Shown here in pieces: positions 12,258 through 26,429 of a stretch of 64,000 bases of DNA; position 1 is the first letter of the stretch, and each line of letters begins with the position of its first letter. The translations under genes were made by a program, and so were the position numbers. The DNA is taken from positions 112,406,001 to 112,470,000 of the forward strand of contig NC_091993.1 of the NCBI RefSeq assembly GCF_044704955.1. Reading direction: 5' to 3'. The notes beneath the pieces are model-generated. The model was not told the DNA's origin. It did not search any database and worked only from the letters and a program-made list of their open reading frames with translations. The DNA is from Pristiophorus japonicus. Taxonomy: Eukaryota.

Positions 12258-12700
12258 GAAAGACTTACATTTATATATTGCCTTTCACGACCACTGGACG
12301 TCACCAAGACAATGAAGTACTTTTGGAATGTAGTCACTGTTGTAATGTGGGAAATGCGGCAGCCAATTTGCACACAGCAAGCTCCCACAAACAGCAATGT
12401 GATAATGACCAGATAATCTGTTTTTGTGATGTTGATTGAGGGATAAAAATTGGCCAGGACACCAGGGATAGCTCCCCTGCTCTTCTTCGAAATGGTGCCA
12501 TGGGATCTTTAACATCCTGAGAGAGCAGACGGGCCTCAGTTTAAGTTCTCATCCCAAAGACGGCATCTCCGACAGTGCAGCATTCCCTCAGCACTGCCCT
12601 GGAGTGTCAGCCTAGATTTATGCGCTCGAGTCTCGGGAGTGGGAGTTGAACCCACAACCTTCGGACTCGGAGGCGAGTAAGCTACCCACTGAGCCACTGC
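12258..12700 (-). mobile_element. SacSINE1/DeuSINE-type SINE
   Basis: Same family as 1965-2410, with head and tail present. Confidence 0.85.
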
Positions 12701-13794
12701 CTAACACTCTTGTGGGGAAAAAAGCAGAGGACTGGGACTAATTGGACAGCTCTTTCAAAGAGCCGGCACGGACACGATGGGCCGAATGCCCTCCTTCTGT
12801 ACTGTATCATTCTGTGATTCTCGTGGCTGAGGGCAGGGGGGAGAGTTTTTGTGGCGTTTTCTCGATTGCCTGCTGCTATGTTGGCCTTTTTGCCGTTGCT
12901 CCAGAGTTTCCGCTGATCTTCTTCCAACGTTACGGTGGGAGAGCCAGAGAACCCCTGCGGAAATTCCGGGTGATATCTTGATCCCATCTACCTCGCTGCA
13001 TTTTAATCCAGGCAGTACAGGTTTGTTTAATTTGTTAAACTGTTTCGTTCTGAAAATGTTGGCGATCCTTTCAGGCTCGTCAAGATCAGAATGATGATGC
13101 TGAAGATTTAAATATTTTCTTCTGGTTTTGCATCCGCTGAAAGTATGAGTAGGTCGAGTATAAGAGCTAAATACAGAGCAAAGCTCCCTCCACTCTGCTC
13201 CAAGAAGCTGTCTTAATCCCAGCCTCAGAATGGCACCCTGCTATTTCATTTCAATGCTACAATTCTTGTGGTCTCACTGCCAATTTAGTGCCAAACTACA
13301 GGAATTTCTATGCTGTGGACTCATGCCTACTAGGAACTGGTTGAACCTCCCCAAAATATATCAGCCAACACAGAGAGAGCGAGAGACATTCCTCTTGTTA
13401 GTTTAGGGTTTAATCCAGGGTTGAAAGGGTATTGTTTAAACTCATTGTGCTACTTTTTTTTGCCAACACTGCTTTAAATAGTTTTCAAAACAATAATTTC
13501 AGGTAGCCTTCGAGCTAAAATGAACATGACCTTCAAGCTGATTACCATGTGCAGTTCCAGTCACACACTCAATAGCCTTTTACTGGTCTTTTAGGACCTA
13601 AAAATTCCGAACACCTCGAGGCTCTTCCACCAATTCCTGTTACGTGTGGAATCTGGAGTCAAAAGAGGGCAGAAATAACTGTGCATAAATTACAAGCTGT
13701 AAAACATGGCGTAAAGGTCGCACTTGTTCCGGGCAGCGAAATAGTCTTGCAAGCTGCAATCTCGCTGGATTTGCTGGCCCTAACAATCGATACA

Positions 13795-14150
13795 AATCAT
13801 AGAACAGTACAGCACAGCAGGGGGCCATTCGGCCCATCGAAGCCTGTGCCGGCTCTTTCGAAGAGCAATTCCGTCAATCCCACTCCCCCGCTCTTTCCCC
13901 ACATCCCTTGCAATTTTTTCTCCTTTAGGTATTTGTCCAATTCCCTTTTGAAGGCTGCTATTGAATCTATTTCCACCACCCTTTCACGCAGTGCATTCCA
14001 AATCCGAATCACTCGCTGCGTTAAAAAGGTTTTTTTCCTCATGTCGCCTCTGGTTCTTTTGTCAATCATGTTAAATCTGTGCCTTCTGGTTATGGATCCT
14101 TCAGCCAAAGGAAACAGTTTCTCTATCTGAACCCTTCGTGATTTTAAACA
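13795..14150 (-). mobile_element. CR1 3' fragment
   Basis: ORF 13797..14171: LFPLAEGSITRRH...TQRVIRIWNAL. Confidence 0.9.
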
Positions 14151-14314
14151 AAGATGTGACTTATATGCCAAATTCGAGGCTATTTTAAAACCTTTATATT
14201 TATAGTGTGCATCGCACTTTGCAATTTTAGCCTGTTAGCATAATCTTAAAATTATAACTGAATGCAGATGTAGGTTTGGGTCCCAAGGACTGTTACACCA
14301 TCAATATCCAACTG

Positions 14315-14760
14315 TCCGCTGTGGCTTAGTGGGTAGCACACTCGCCTCTGAGTCAGAAGGTTGTGAATTCAATTCCAGGGACATGAGCATAAAAATCTAG
14401 GCTGACACTTCAGTACAGTGCTGAGGGAGTGCTGCATTGTTCGAGGTGACGTCTTTCAGACGTTAAACCAAGGAGCTGTCTGCGCTCTCCAGTGAATGTA
14501 AAAGATCCCATGGCACTATTTCGAAGAAGAGCAGTGGAGTTATCCCCAGTGTCCTGCGGCCAATAATTATCCCCCAATCAACATCACAGAAACAGATTAT
14601 CTGGTCCTTATCACATTGCTGTTTGTGGGAGCTTGCTGTGTGCAAATTGGCTGCCACATTACAACAGTGACTACACTCCAAAAGTCATTGGCTGTAAAGC
14701 GCTTTGGGGCATCTGGTGGTTGTGAAAGGCACTATAGAAAAAATGCCAATCTCTCTTTTC
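14315..14760 (+). mobile_element. SacSINE1/DeuSINE-type SINE
   Basis: Same family, full length. Confidence 0.85.
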
Positions 14761-15044
14761 TTCTTCTTTCTATTGCTAGTTTATAGCTTTTTCAGTTCTC
14801 ACTTGCTGGATGTGAGGCATCTTATTTTGCTGGAGAAGGGTGCACCAGTTTCTTTCTAATTTTATACTTATTGCCATTTTATTTCCAACTTCACAATATT
14901 TTCAGACTTGTGGCCATTTAGTGAGGGTGACTTTGGTTTTGGGTGCTGGTGCAAAACGGGCGATAGGGCAGCCTGTCCCGAATGGAAAAGAAAATCAGAT
15001 GGAATGTAAAACAGGTTGCCAATTTGTGATCACCATTTTGCGAT

Positions 15045-15950
15045 ACAAAGATGGGAGGAAAAGCAATGTGTGAGGAGACACAAAAAATCTGCAAAAGGAC
15101 ATAGACAGGCTAAGTGCATGGGAAAAAATTTAGCAGATGGAGTATAATGTTGGAAAGTGTGAGGTTATGCTCTTTGGCAGAAAAAAAATCAAAGAGCAAG
15201 TTATTATTTAAATGGAGAAAAATTGCAAAGTGCTGCAGTACAGCGGGACCTGGGGGTACTTGTGTATGAAACACAAAAGGTTAGTATGCAGGTATAGCAA
15301 GTGATCAGGAAGGCCAATGGAATCTTGGCCTTTATTACAAAGGGGATGGAGTATAAAAGCAGGGAAGTCTTGCTACAGCTATACAGGGTATTGTTGAGGC
15401 CACACCTGGAATACTGCGTGCAGTTTTGGTTTCCATATTTATGAAAGGATATACTTGCTTTGGAGGCAGTTCAGAGAAGGTTCACAAGGTTGATTCTGGA
15501 GATGAGGGGGTTGACATGAGGAAAGGTTGAGTAGGTCTACTCATTGGAATTCAGAAGAATGAGAGGTGATCTTATCAAAACGTATAAGATTATGAGGGGG
15601 CTTGACAAGGTGGGTGCAGAGAGAATGTTTTCACTGATGGGGAGACTAGAATTAGGAGGCATAATCCTAGAATAAGGGGCCGCCCATTTAAAACTGAGAT
15701 GAGGAGGACTTTCTTCTCTGAGGGTTGTAAATCTGTGGAATTTGCTGCCTCAGAGAGCTGTGGAAGCTGGGACATTGAATAAATTTAAGACAGAGATAAA
15801 CAGTTTCTTAAACGATAAGGGAATAAGGGGTTATGGTGAGCGGGCAGGGAAGTGGAGCTGAGTCCATGATCAGATCAGCCATGATCGTATTAAATGGCGG
15901 AGCAGGCTCGAGGGGTCGTGTGGCCTACTCCTCCTATTTCTTATGTTCTA
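15045..15950 (+). mobile_element. CR1 RT C-terminus and 3' UTR
   Basis: Encodes LQKDIDRLS, RPHLEYCVQFWFP and RVVNLW with indels, and ends in a TTCTTATG tail. Confidence 0.9.
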
Positions 15951-16239
15951 CTTCCCGAGACTAGTTTCACCCCCAGTAATTCTACCTAGTTAATGTCAAT
16001 TGAAGCAAGCGAACTATATTTAAGGTCCACCCCTGTAACTGAAGTTGAAACCAGCATTTTGAACTCTTGTCTCTCAGGAGATAGGCCAATGCCCCAGTCA
16101 TGTGACTTCTGAGATGCTTTCACCAACCTTCTGTACAGCCTCAAACCCAGGATAGGGAAATTGGCAAGACTATTTGATGTTTGTTTGGCTGCAATATTTA
16201 TCCTTCAGCTAACACCTAAAAACTTAATCTTTTTTGTTT

Positions 16240-16660
16240 TAATTCATTCATGGGGTGAGGACATCGTCGGCAAGGCCAGCATTTATTGCCCATCTCTAAT
16301 TCGAGAAGGTGGTGATGAGCCAGCTTCCTAAATACAACTGACTGGCTTACTAGGCCATTTCAGGGGGCAGTTGAGAGTCAACCACATTGCTGTGGGTCTG
16401 GAGTCACACATAGGCCAGACCGGGTAAGGACGGCAGATTTCCTTCCCTAAAAGACATTAGTGAACCAGACGGGTTTTTTACAACAATCCAGTAGTTTCAT
16501 TGTCACCACTACTGACACTAGCTTTAATTCCAGATTTTATTTAATTATTTTGAATTTAAATTCCCCCTGATGTCGTGGTGGGATTTGAACTCATGTCTCC
16601 GGCTCATTAGTCCTGGCCTCTGGATTACCATTCCAGTAACATAGTCACTCTGCTACAGTA
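16240..16660 (-). mobile_element. Second tRNA-derived SINE family
   Basis: Head GTAGCAGAGTGACTATGTTACTGG...GAGTTCAAATCCCACC and body CCCGTCTGGTTCACTAATGTC. Other copies are at 9411-9575, 33256-33580 and 58995-59575. Confidence 0.75.
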
Positions 16661-18059
16661 CCTCTATCTGGTCATTATCATGTTGCTGTTTGTGGGAGCT
16701 TGCTGTGCACAAATTGGCTGCCACACTTGCTGCATTACAACAGTGACTACACTCCAAATGTACTTCATTGGCTGTAAAGCGCTTTGGGATGTCCTGAGGT
16801 CGTGAAAAGGCGCTGTATAAATGCACGTCTTTCTCGCTTTCTTGATACTGCAGTTAGAAGCACAAATTCCAGTTGTCACACTTTAATGTTGACTAATCTG
16901 CACACTCCTCATTGCCCAAAAATATCTCAATATTGCCGTAGAAGTTGGCCTCAGCAGTTTGTTTGTTTGTTTTGACATGATTTACAAATGGATAAGGTTG
17001 CAAGGCTTTACGGGGAAACCAGTGCAGAGGTTTTAAAACAAATTAATGTTTCACATATTCAGAAAAAGAAACATCAGCTTTTTCCTAATCATGTCTAGAC
17101 TACAAATCCTGCTTCCAGTAACACAGCACCAAATCAACACATCACCTTAACTGCTTTGTATTCTACTTGATAATGAATTTTTATGAATACTAGCCTCCTC
17201 TGTGTCGGTCCTATTTCAGAAACCAATCTGTAATGAAAATAGCCTTATTTCCTTTGCTTTCATTTTTATTATCTCTAGCTCTGTCATTCTCCATCTCCAT
17301 GATCTATGGGCCTTGAGTGAGCACGGCAACATGAGTTATGATGTTACTGTGCGAGTTTTTCCCTGTGTGTTCGGTGTAACAAAGTGATAAATCTGTTCTT
17401 GATGCACTACATCTACGGCAAAGAGGAATATTCTCCCTCACCAATATAGTCCTGCTTTATGTAGATTTTAAATATTTCTCATCTATTTGGCTTCCTTACC
17501 ATTCTTCCCTGCATGTGGTCATTTATGTCTGGGGGTCGCTCCACAGTTGGGGTAGCCACATTATAAAAGTGACTACACTCCAAAAGTACCTCATTGGCTG
17601 TAAAGTGCTATGAGATGTCCGGTGGTCGTGAAAGGCGCTATATAAATCCAAGTCTTTCTTTCTTCTTTTTTTTCCCTTTCTTTTTCTTTCTTTCTTCACC
17701 CAGTTGGCCATTCTCTATTCCCGAGTGGAAAACCCTGCCTGCTTTTTACCCTCCCCAGCATGGAGACCTTGAGGCCAATCTTAGTAGCCCCTCTGCTGGC
17801 CCCATGCTGAAACTGGCTAAGTCGGCACAGGTAAGGAATTAAAGCTGGGATCTTGCTGATCTGAATGGAAAGTAGAGTTGAGGTTGGAGATCAGCCATGA
17901 TCTTACTGAATGGCTGAGCAGACTGGAGAGGCCTTGTGGCCTCCTCCTGCTCCTAATTCTTATGACCACAAATTATATTTACTCAGTCATCAGAAAAGTT
18001 CTATTACACGTCATGGTAATTGTTCTATTCGTCCCTGAGCTGAGCTTCCAACCCCATAT

Positions 18060-18620
18060 CCTCAAAGGTGGCCTATTTCCATCTCCATAACATCCTCCAC
18101 CTCTGCCCCCATCTCAGCCTTTCCGCCAGACTCGACTATTATCAATGGAGATGTTTAATCCACCAGCCTCCTTAAAGTTATGCTCATCAGAAACTCATCA
18201 AATCCCACTCACACATCCTTGTTGACTTATCCTTGGGTCCTTGTTCCCCCAACTCCTCAAATTTAAAATTCTCACCCTTGTGTTTAAATCTCTATCTGTG
18301 TAACCTATTGCCTCATTGTATCTCTGTGACCTTTCCAGCACTACACAACCTCTCTGTTCCTCAGACCCCGGCCTCTTGTGCACTGCCTTCTATCTGACCT
18401 TCCATTGGCCAACCAGGTCCCATAATCTTTGAAATCCCTCCCACAATACCATCCACTTCCACCTTCTCTATTAAGACCGTCCTTCAAAGCCATCTCTTTG
18501 ACCAAGCTTTTATCATCCTTCCACAAATCTCTTTATTTGGCTTGATGTCCAGTTTTTTTCTTATACCACTGTAAAGCACTGTGGGAAAATGTTCTATATT
18601 TAAGGTGCTATATGAATGCA
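18060..18620 (+). mobile_element. Degenerate L2-type 3' fragment
   Basis: Encodes FKILTLVFKSL. The tail TGTAAAGCAC...AGGTGCTATATGAATGCAAG is shared with copies at 29075-29320, 38565-38850 and 60520-60672. Confidence 0.65.
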
Positions 18621-18679
18621 AGTTTTTGGAACTGACAATCTCCAACGGCAATACATTTTTTTGATGCTTTACCCAGGGG

Positions 18680-18815
18680 CTCTGAGGAAGGGCCATTGAC
18701 CTGAAACATTAACCAAACCTTTTTCCTTTCCCCACAGATGCTGCCTGACTTGCTGAGTGTTTCCAGCGTTTTCAGTTTTTAGTTAAGATTTACGGCATCT
18801 GCAGTATTCTGCTTT
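18680..18815 (+). mobile_element. Penelope terminus with a degenerate hammerhead motif
   Basis: CTGAGGA-AGGGCCATTGACCT-GAAA-CATT-AAC followed by CACAGATGCTGCCTGACTTGCTGAG. Confidence 0.7.
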
Positions 18816-19359
18816 CTGACTTTGTGTGATTTGCAAACCAGTTTTTTTTTATGGAGACAATGAAAAAAGGATAAATATTAGCTTGAGTTTCAGCCAGCCG
18901 CCGATAAAATAGAAGTAAAAATATATTCTAACCATTACCTCTTTCAACTGACAATTCTGATGCCCAAACACACCAGGCATTTTATAAGTCAATAATATAT
19001 TCCAATAACGTACTCCAATTAAATTGGGCTAGAATATGCACTAGCAGCACCACAGCATTATACAGCAGAGAACATCACATTAAAATAGAATACATTATAG
19101 GCTTTAAAGAACAGATTGATTCTCTGTCCCTTTATCGACAGTGTGCAGCAGACTAAAATATGCTTCTATTGCTGGCAATGTTTCATACAGTAAGCATTGT
19201 ATCTCTTCATTTAATTAGAGTTATTAAAATCTATAATTTTAGTTGTTGCGATGGTAACCTGCTACCGCTATACCCGGTTCAGTATTCAGATTAGCTTTAG
19301 CTTCCACGATTTTGTTGTTGTCTCTTGGCCCTTCCACTTGAACTTTAGTCAGATTGGAT

Positions 19360-19760
19360 ATGCTGGGGTTGTTTGGAACAGAGGAGGCTGAGGGAAGATC
19401 TTATTAAGGTGTATAAAATTATGAGGAGCCTGGATAGAGTGGATTAGAAGGACCTGTTTTGCTTAGCAGAGGGGTCAACAACCAGGGGGCATAGATTTAA
19501 AGTAATTGGTAGGAGGTTTAGGGGATTTTTGTTCACCCAGAAGGTGCTGGAGTTCTGGAACTCACTGCCTGAAAGGGTGGTAGAGGCAGAAACCCTCACC
19601 ACATTTAAAAAGTACCCGGATATGCACTTGAAGTGCCGTAACCTACAGGGTTACAGACCAAGAGCTTGAAAGTGGGATTAGGCTGGGTAGCTCATTGTAG
19701 GCCGGTGCGGACACGATGGGCCGAAATGGCCTCCTTCCGTGCTGTAAATTTCTGAGATTC
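19360..19760 (+). mobile_element. CR1 3' fragment
   Basis: EQRRLREDLIKVYKIMR...WNSLPERVVEAE followed by a GGGCCGAAATGGCCT 3' UTR. Confidence 0.85.
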
Positions 19761-21676
19761 AATGGGAATCACAGGCCGATACAGGCTGCAGTTACACTGG
19801 CTCTTTTGCATTGCTGTGAAGCGACTTCGATATCAGGTTCGTGATCGTCAAGAGGCTGGTTCATCCAGTTGCACATTTGGTTAGAAATGAAACGCCTGCC
19901 GGCCCAGGATTTCAAAGCTGAGGTTCAGGCCTCGGGCTGTAGTACAAGTCTGATTGCCCGTCGGTAGGTCACACCGAAGGATGTGTGTTGAGTGTGATGA
20001 CTTGGGACTGCTAGAAGCATCGCCCAGTAAGGTACAGCTGGTTGTTTTCCCCTCACATGTCAATTGTAGGCACACACATCTTGGGGCTCAAAAATAACTC
20101 AGCATCTCGAGAAAGAAAATTAGAGTCAGCAGAGCGGCGGTATAACTCCAGTCCATGCAACACCCGTGCACTCAAAAACAATCTCACATAGTTATATACA
20201 GTATAACTGCACCAGTAAAGAACCTTCCTGTGCTAGGGGATGTACAGATTATAATATACTGGAACCCAACTTCTGCAACAGAACTTTTTGAAACAGCATC
20301 TTCTTACTTATGAACTTGTCGAACAACAAGGACAACACTGGCCTATTGAGGACTCATTTTTAGAGTGGAAGCAAGTCTTCCTCGATTCCGAGATACTGCC
20401 GATGATGATGATGATGATTGGGGTAATCCACATTCTTCATATCCTTAACAACAAAAACAACTTGCCTTTATATAGCACTTTAAATTCTCTACCCCAGAGG
20501 GCCGTGGAAGTTCAGTCTGTGACTATGTTCAAGACAGAGATCAATAGATTTTTGGATATTAAGTGAATCAAGGGATACAGGGATGGTGCAGGAAAGTAGA
20601 GTTGAGGCAGATCAGCCATGATCTTATTGAATGGCGGAGCAGGCTCGAGGGGCCAAATGGCCTGCTCCTGCTCCTAATTCTTATGTTTTTAAAGCAGTAA
20701 AATGTTTCAAGGCACCTCACAGGAGTGTTGTCAAACAAAAGTTTGACACCTAGACACATAAGGAGATATTAGGACAGATGACCAAAAAGAGAGAGGTTTT
20801 AAGGAACGTCTTGAAAGAGAGGTGGAGAGGTTTAGGGAGGGTATTCCAGAACTTAGGGCCCAGGCGTCAATGGTGGAGTGATGCAAGATGTCATGAGGAT
20901 CCTATCATAATAAAACCGGGCAATTATTTAGACAGATGACTGAGCATTTCTGCATATTTAATTTGGTTTTATATGTGAAATTACAGTATGGTATTCAACA
21001 GAAAGTAAGCGTAAATGCGATTCAGCTCACCATTGTTTTGTAATGTGCACATTCACATTTTATAATCAGCTTTAGCGTGCAAGTGATACTGTATTTAGCC
21101 ACTAGAGTGCGGTATAAGGTAGTAATATTGTGGAAAAGAGCCACTTTAGGCCCGAGGCTTTCAAACATTTCTAAGTGGGGGAATACGTTGAAAATAGTGA
21201 TACACTCTCAGGGACTGCAGATTGAAAACCGATACCGTACATTATCGGTGTCAGAAAAAGAGTTCAACTCCACAAATGCCAATATAGGAAAAAAATTAAA
21301 TTAAATGAATTCATCCTGCCAATTCTGATTGAACGTATGCCTGGAGGTTTCATCATGTGATCTCCCGCCTCCAAACCTCGCACCCCGTCAAACAGCCTTC
21401 CCACCGCCCCCCCCCACCCCCAATCACCATTATTTTTTATAGCTAATAAATGGAAGTGTTCAACGAAAATTGAAGAGCGCACCATTTATTTTAATGGCCC
21501 CAATGATTTTTCTCACAGATTGCTCGAGATTATTCTTTAATTCCTGGAGTCACCAGGCCAATCCTGGAGGTTTGGAACCCCACTGCCAACACTCATTGTC
21601 TAGGCACATGAAGAACGGCCAATTGAGAGAAGTACTGGAGGGCCGTATTCCAGCAAGGGCTCCGGCTTCAGAGAAG

Positions 21677-23305
21677 TGGCCCAGACCGATGGACACACCC
21701 CCAGTGCCTGGCCCAGACCGAGGGACACACCCCAAGTGCCTGGCCCAGACCGAGGGACACACCCCAAGTGCCTGGCCCAGAAAGAGGGACACACCCCCGG
21801 TGCCTGGTCCAGACCGAGAGACACACCCCCGGTGCCTGGCCCAGACCGAGGGACACACCCCCAGTGCCTGGCCCAGACCGAGGGACACACCCCCGGTGCC
21901 TGGCCCAGACCGAGGGACACACCCCGGTGCCTGGTCCAGACCGAGGGACACACCCCGGTGCCTGGCCCAGACCGAGAGACACACTCCCAGTGCCTGGCCC
22001 AGACCGAGAGACACACCCCCAGTGCTTGGCCCAGACCGAGGGACACACCCCCAGTGCCTTGCCCAGACCGAGGGACACACCCCCAGTGCCTGGCCCAGAC
22101 CGAGAGACACATCCCCGGTGCCTGGCCCAGACAGAGGGACACACCCCCAGTGCCTGGCCCAGACAGAGGGACACACCCCCAGTGCCTGGCCCAGACCGAG
22201 AGACACAGCCCCCAGTGCCTGGCCCAGACTGAGAGACACACCCCCGGTGCCTGGCCCAGACTGAGAGACACACCCCCAGTGCTTGGCCCAGACCGAGGGA
22301 CACACCCCCGGTGCTTGGCCCAGACCGAGAGACACACCCCCGGTGCCTGGCCCAGACCGAGAGACACACCCCCAGTGCTTGGCCCAGACCGAGGGACACA
22401 CCCCCAGTGCTTGGCCCAGACCGAGGGACACACCCCCAGTGCCTGGTCCAGACTGAGGGACACAGCCCCGGTGCTTGGCCCAGACCGAGAGACACAGCCC
22501 CCAGTGCCTGGCCCAGACCGAGAGACACAGCCCCCAGTGCCTGGCCCAGACCGAGAGACACACCCCCGGTGCCTGGCCCAGACCGAGAGACACACCCCCG
22601 GTGCTTGGCCCAGACCGAGAGACACACCCCCGGTGCCTGGCCCAGACCGAGAGACACAGCCCCCAGTGCCTGGCCCAGACCGAGAGACACACCCCCAGTG
22701 CCTGGCCCAGACCGAGGGACACACCCCGGTGCCTGGCCCAGACCGAGGGACACACCCCAAGTGCCTGGCCCAGACCGAGGGACACACCCCGGTGCCTGGC
22801 CCAGACCGAGAGACACACCCCCGGTGCCTGGCCCAGACCGAGAGACACACCCCCGGTGCCTGGCCCAGACCGAGGGACACACTCCCAGTGCCAGGCTCAG
22901 ACCGAGAGACACACCCCCAGTGCCTGGCTCAAACCGAGGGACACATCCCCAGTGCCTGGCCCAGACCGAGAGACACACCCCCGGTGCTTGGCCCAGACCG
23001 AGGGACACACTCCCAGTGCCTGGCCCAGACCGAGGGACACACTCCCAGTGCCAGGCTCAGACCAAGAGAGACAACACCCAGTGCCTGGCTCAAACCGAGG
23101 GACACAGCCCCCAGTGCCAGGCTCAGACCGAGCGACACAGCACCCAGTGCCTGGCCCAGACCGAGAGACACAGCCCCCAGTGCCAGGCTCAGACCGAGCG
23201 ACACAGCACCCAGTGCCTGGCCCAGACCGAGGGACACAGCCCCCAGTGCCTGGCCCAGACCGAGGGACACAGCCCCCAGTGCCTGGCTCAGACCAAGGGA
23301 CACAT
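21677..23305. repeat. GC-rich minisatellite, about 32-bp unit (CCAGACCGAGGGACACACCCCCAGTGCCTGGC), roughly 50 copies
   Basis: Directly visible tandem array with no spacers and 31-33 bp variants. Confidence 0.97.
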
Positions 23306-23539
23306 CCTGGAAAGGTTGCTGTTGCAGTCGCACTCCTGCTCCCCACTTAATCATCTTCCACATCCGATCTGACAGCCCGATCCTTAGGACTGTCGCCCAG
23401 GCTGTCACAGGATCCGCTGTCTAATTCATCACAGTGAGCAGAAGGTTATGGCAGAATGTCACTGAAGAAATAAATCTATGGTGGTTCCAATATCACGCGG
23501 TGACTGAATAAAAGGATGCAAGCAAAGTGCAAATTTAAT

Positions 23540-24246
23540 TGGCCAGAATTTTCACAGGAAAGAACTGGTGCGGGGGGCGGGCAGTAAAAGTGCACAACCC
23601 GCCCACTTTCATCTTTCACTCAGTCGGGGGGCTGGCGGGGGCACGGGGCAGCCAATCCGCTGCCAGGAGGTGGGCTGGCAATTTAAATATTATAATGAGG
23701 CCCTGAAGCCTCTGCTTCAACCTGCTGCACCTATTTTACTGCAGGCGGCCAGGGATCCCAGGGCTCAGGTAGTTGCAACGAGGTGGCCACAGCCTCCAGG
23801 ACCAATCCTTCGGGCCGGGAGGAGCAGGACTGCTTCCTCCCAGCCCCCCCACCATCAGCTTGGCCCACCCTGGGGTCGGGAATCGGACCCCTCCCCTCCC
23901 ACCCCCACCATCAGCTTGGCCCACCCTGGGGTCGGGAATCGGACCCCTCCCCTCCCACCCCCACCATCAGCTTGGCCCACCTTGGGGTCGGGGATCAGAC
24001 CCCACCCCCCCCCAGAGCTCACGACTCAGCCCCGGACCCCACCCCATCCCCCTGCCAGCTTGGAAACGCCCCCTCCACCCAACATCCTGGGCCCAGCACC
24101 TACCTGGTCCTACAGCCTCCTGGTTTGCGTTGCCCAGACGACTGGAAGCCAGCCCATCAATCAGGAACCCTTTCCGAGTTACCCACCCTTTTCCAGGTCC
24201 CCCCGCAACACACACTGTGCAGATGGGAAACTGGAAAATCCAGCCC
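23540..24246. mobile_element. MITE-like element with an internal 56-bp tandem repeat
   Basis: Ends TGGCCAGAATTTTC / GAAAATCCAGCCC. A 56-bp unit recurs at 23851, 23907 and 23963. Confidence 0.6.
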
Positions 24247-24769
24247 ATTATTTCTCAATGGTGGAAGATTCAGATTTATTGCTATTTCTATAGCGTTGCA
24301 ATCAAACCACTGAATGAAGCAATCTTTTGCCAGTCTGGCATTTCGCAGACATCGCTCAAGGAGCATTTGCATAAAATTAAACACAAAAAACGTTATAAAC
24401 AGCACCATATTATTTTGTGGGAATTTAATAAGCATATATTTTTTTATCATATATTTTGAGGCACTGCAGAAGTCAAATATCAGACCATCAAACGTCCAAT
24501 ATAATCTGTATTGATACCATGATGGATTGATCTCATGATGGATTGGAATGTATTTGGTTGTCTTATTACTTCGATACTGTTCTGTGTCCGATGGTTGACC
24601 AATCACAGCTGCCAGAACGGTCAATCACGTGGGCTACTCATGACTGCAAATTACATTCCTCATTGCTCAGTGAGTTGCAGGATGCATTGTTTTATATTGA
24701 CAGGAGCATTATGCAATATAAAAGATATAGCGTTAAGGTATTAGCCATAACTCATTTGGTAATAATCTA

Positions 24770-25170
24770 TGAGTCAGAAGGTTGTGGTTCAAGTCCCACT
24801 CCAGAGACTTGAGCGCATAAATCCAGACTGACACTCCAGTGCCGTGCTGAGGGAGCGCTGCACGGTCGGAGGTGCCGTCTTTCGGATGAGGCGTTAAACC
24901 GAGGCCCCGTCTGCCCTCGCAGGTGGACGTAAAAGATCTTTTGAAGAGCAGGGGAGTTATCCCCGGTGTCCTGGCAAATATTTATCCCTCAATCAACATC
25001 ACTAAAAACAGACTATCTGGTCGTTATCACATTGCTGCTTGTGGGAGCTTGCTGTGCACAAATTGGCTGTAGCGGTTGCCGCGTTATAACAGTGACTACA
25101 CTTCAAAAAGTACTTGAAAAGTGCTTTGGGATGTCCTGAAAAGTACTGTATAAATCTAAGTTCTTTCTTT
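24770..25170 (+). mobile_element. SacSINE1/DeuSINE-type SINE
   Basis: Same family, with B-box GGTTCAAGTCCC. Confidence 0.85.
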
Positions 25171-25578
25171 TCAACACCGACCAAAATAAATTTATTCCTC
25201 CTCCTGTAACTTTCTCATTGCTTTTTCTCCCCAATTCTTTCTGTGTTGTTCTTGCTCATTTCCTGTTCCTCGTCCAACATTTTTCATTCCGTGGATTTTT
25301 CCCTTGGGGTTGTTTGCGTTTCTACATGTTCAGGGAGTAGGCGAGAAGTAGGATGAAGTGGGTAAGAGGCATGCAGAGAATGTTGTGACGATTATTTTAC
25401 ATGGCAAGCAGGCCAGAGGCATTGGAAGAGAGTGACTTAAGCCGGTAAAGTGCTAATGTGAAAGATAAGTCGTCGTGTGTGACGCTTTTAAATGTGACAA
25501 GCAACTTTCAACACACACATACACACACATGAAAAACATAGGCTGGCTGCAGGACAGATAGCTAGATAGATGGGCGTG

Positions 25579-25887
25579 TGTAACATATGCACCTGTGAGT
25601 ATGCTCAGAGGTTTGTAGAGCTGTTGATCTCCCAGATCAGGGGACACTTGATTTAATGTTAATTATGTTTTACTCCAAAAGAGTTGTAGAGCTGTTGAGT
25701 TGTGATGTTCACAAGACTCAATAAAACCCCAGCCAGTTGGGTTGAGGGGATCCACGATGAGGCAGGTGCTTGTGAGCCTGGTGCATGAACTGTAATGTGT
25801 AGTGTGATTTATTAGCAAAGGTTTAACAACCAACTAGTTCTTAATATGAATTCTTCAGCAAAGAATCCATGAATCAAATACATTACA
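25579..25887 (+). mobile_element. Solo LTR of a different family
   Basis: TGTAA...TTACA inverted ends, internal AATAAA, and flanks GCGTG/GCATG (5-bp TSD with one CpG-type change). Confidence 0.75.
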
Positions 25888-26429
25888 GCATGTAAAATGA
25901 ACATTGCCTCAAGTTACACTGGGACCAACCCATAAAGGAAGAGTGCACCATTAAACCCATTTGTCTATTAACTTCATCTAACTCCATACTACATTCATTT
26001 GTGGCCAATGGTATAACCACAAGAAGTTATCTTACTGTTTATGTGAGATACCAGCAAACTTGTGGAATAGATTCCATAGTGTAGCCTTTGCTTATCTATT
26101 GAAGAGGAGTTGATATGTGTGGAACCCTGCATTATATGTTCAGTTTCATGTTTATACCCTGTAGCCAAAATTGACCAAACACATTTTAATATTGGGCATG
26201 ATTTTACATTTCTATAAATGGTGTAGGAACTAATTAAACTTCATGAGTCACTCATTGAGCTGAGGTCTTCATAATAGATCAATGACTAACCAAGTTAATG
26301 CGAAGCATCTCCCAGCATTCCCAATCATTCACCACCTCCTCCTAAACCAATCGTAGCCAGATACCAACTCCGCTCTTTCCCATTATGGGACAGACCGATC
26401 TCATTCTTCCCATAAACAGCAGGATCTAC

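Noticed and set aside
21470-23424. Multiple 260-580 aa overlapping ORFs, and a possible CRISPR-like array of ~32-bp repeats
   Set aside because: This is a head-to-tail minisatellite without unique spacers, in a eukaryotic context with no cas genes. The ORFs are repeat artefacts.
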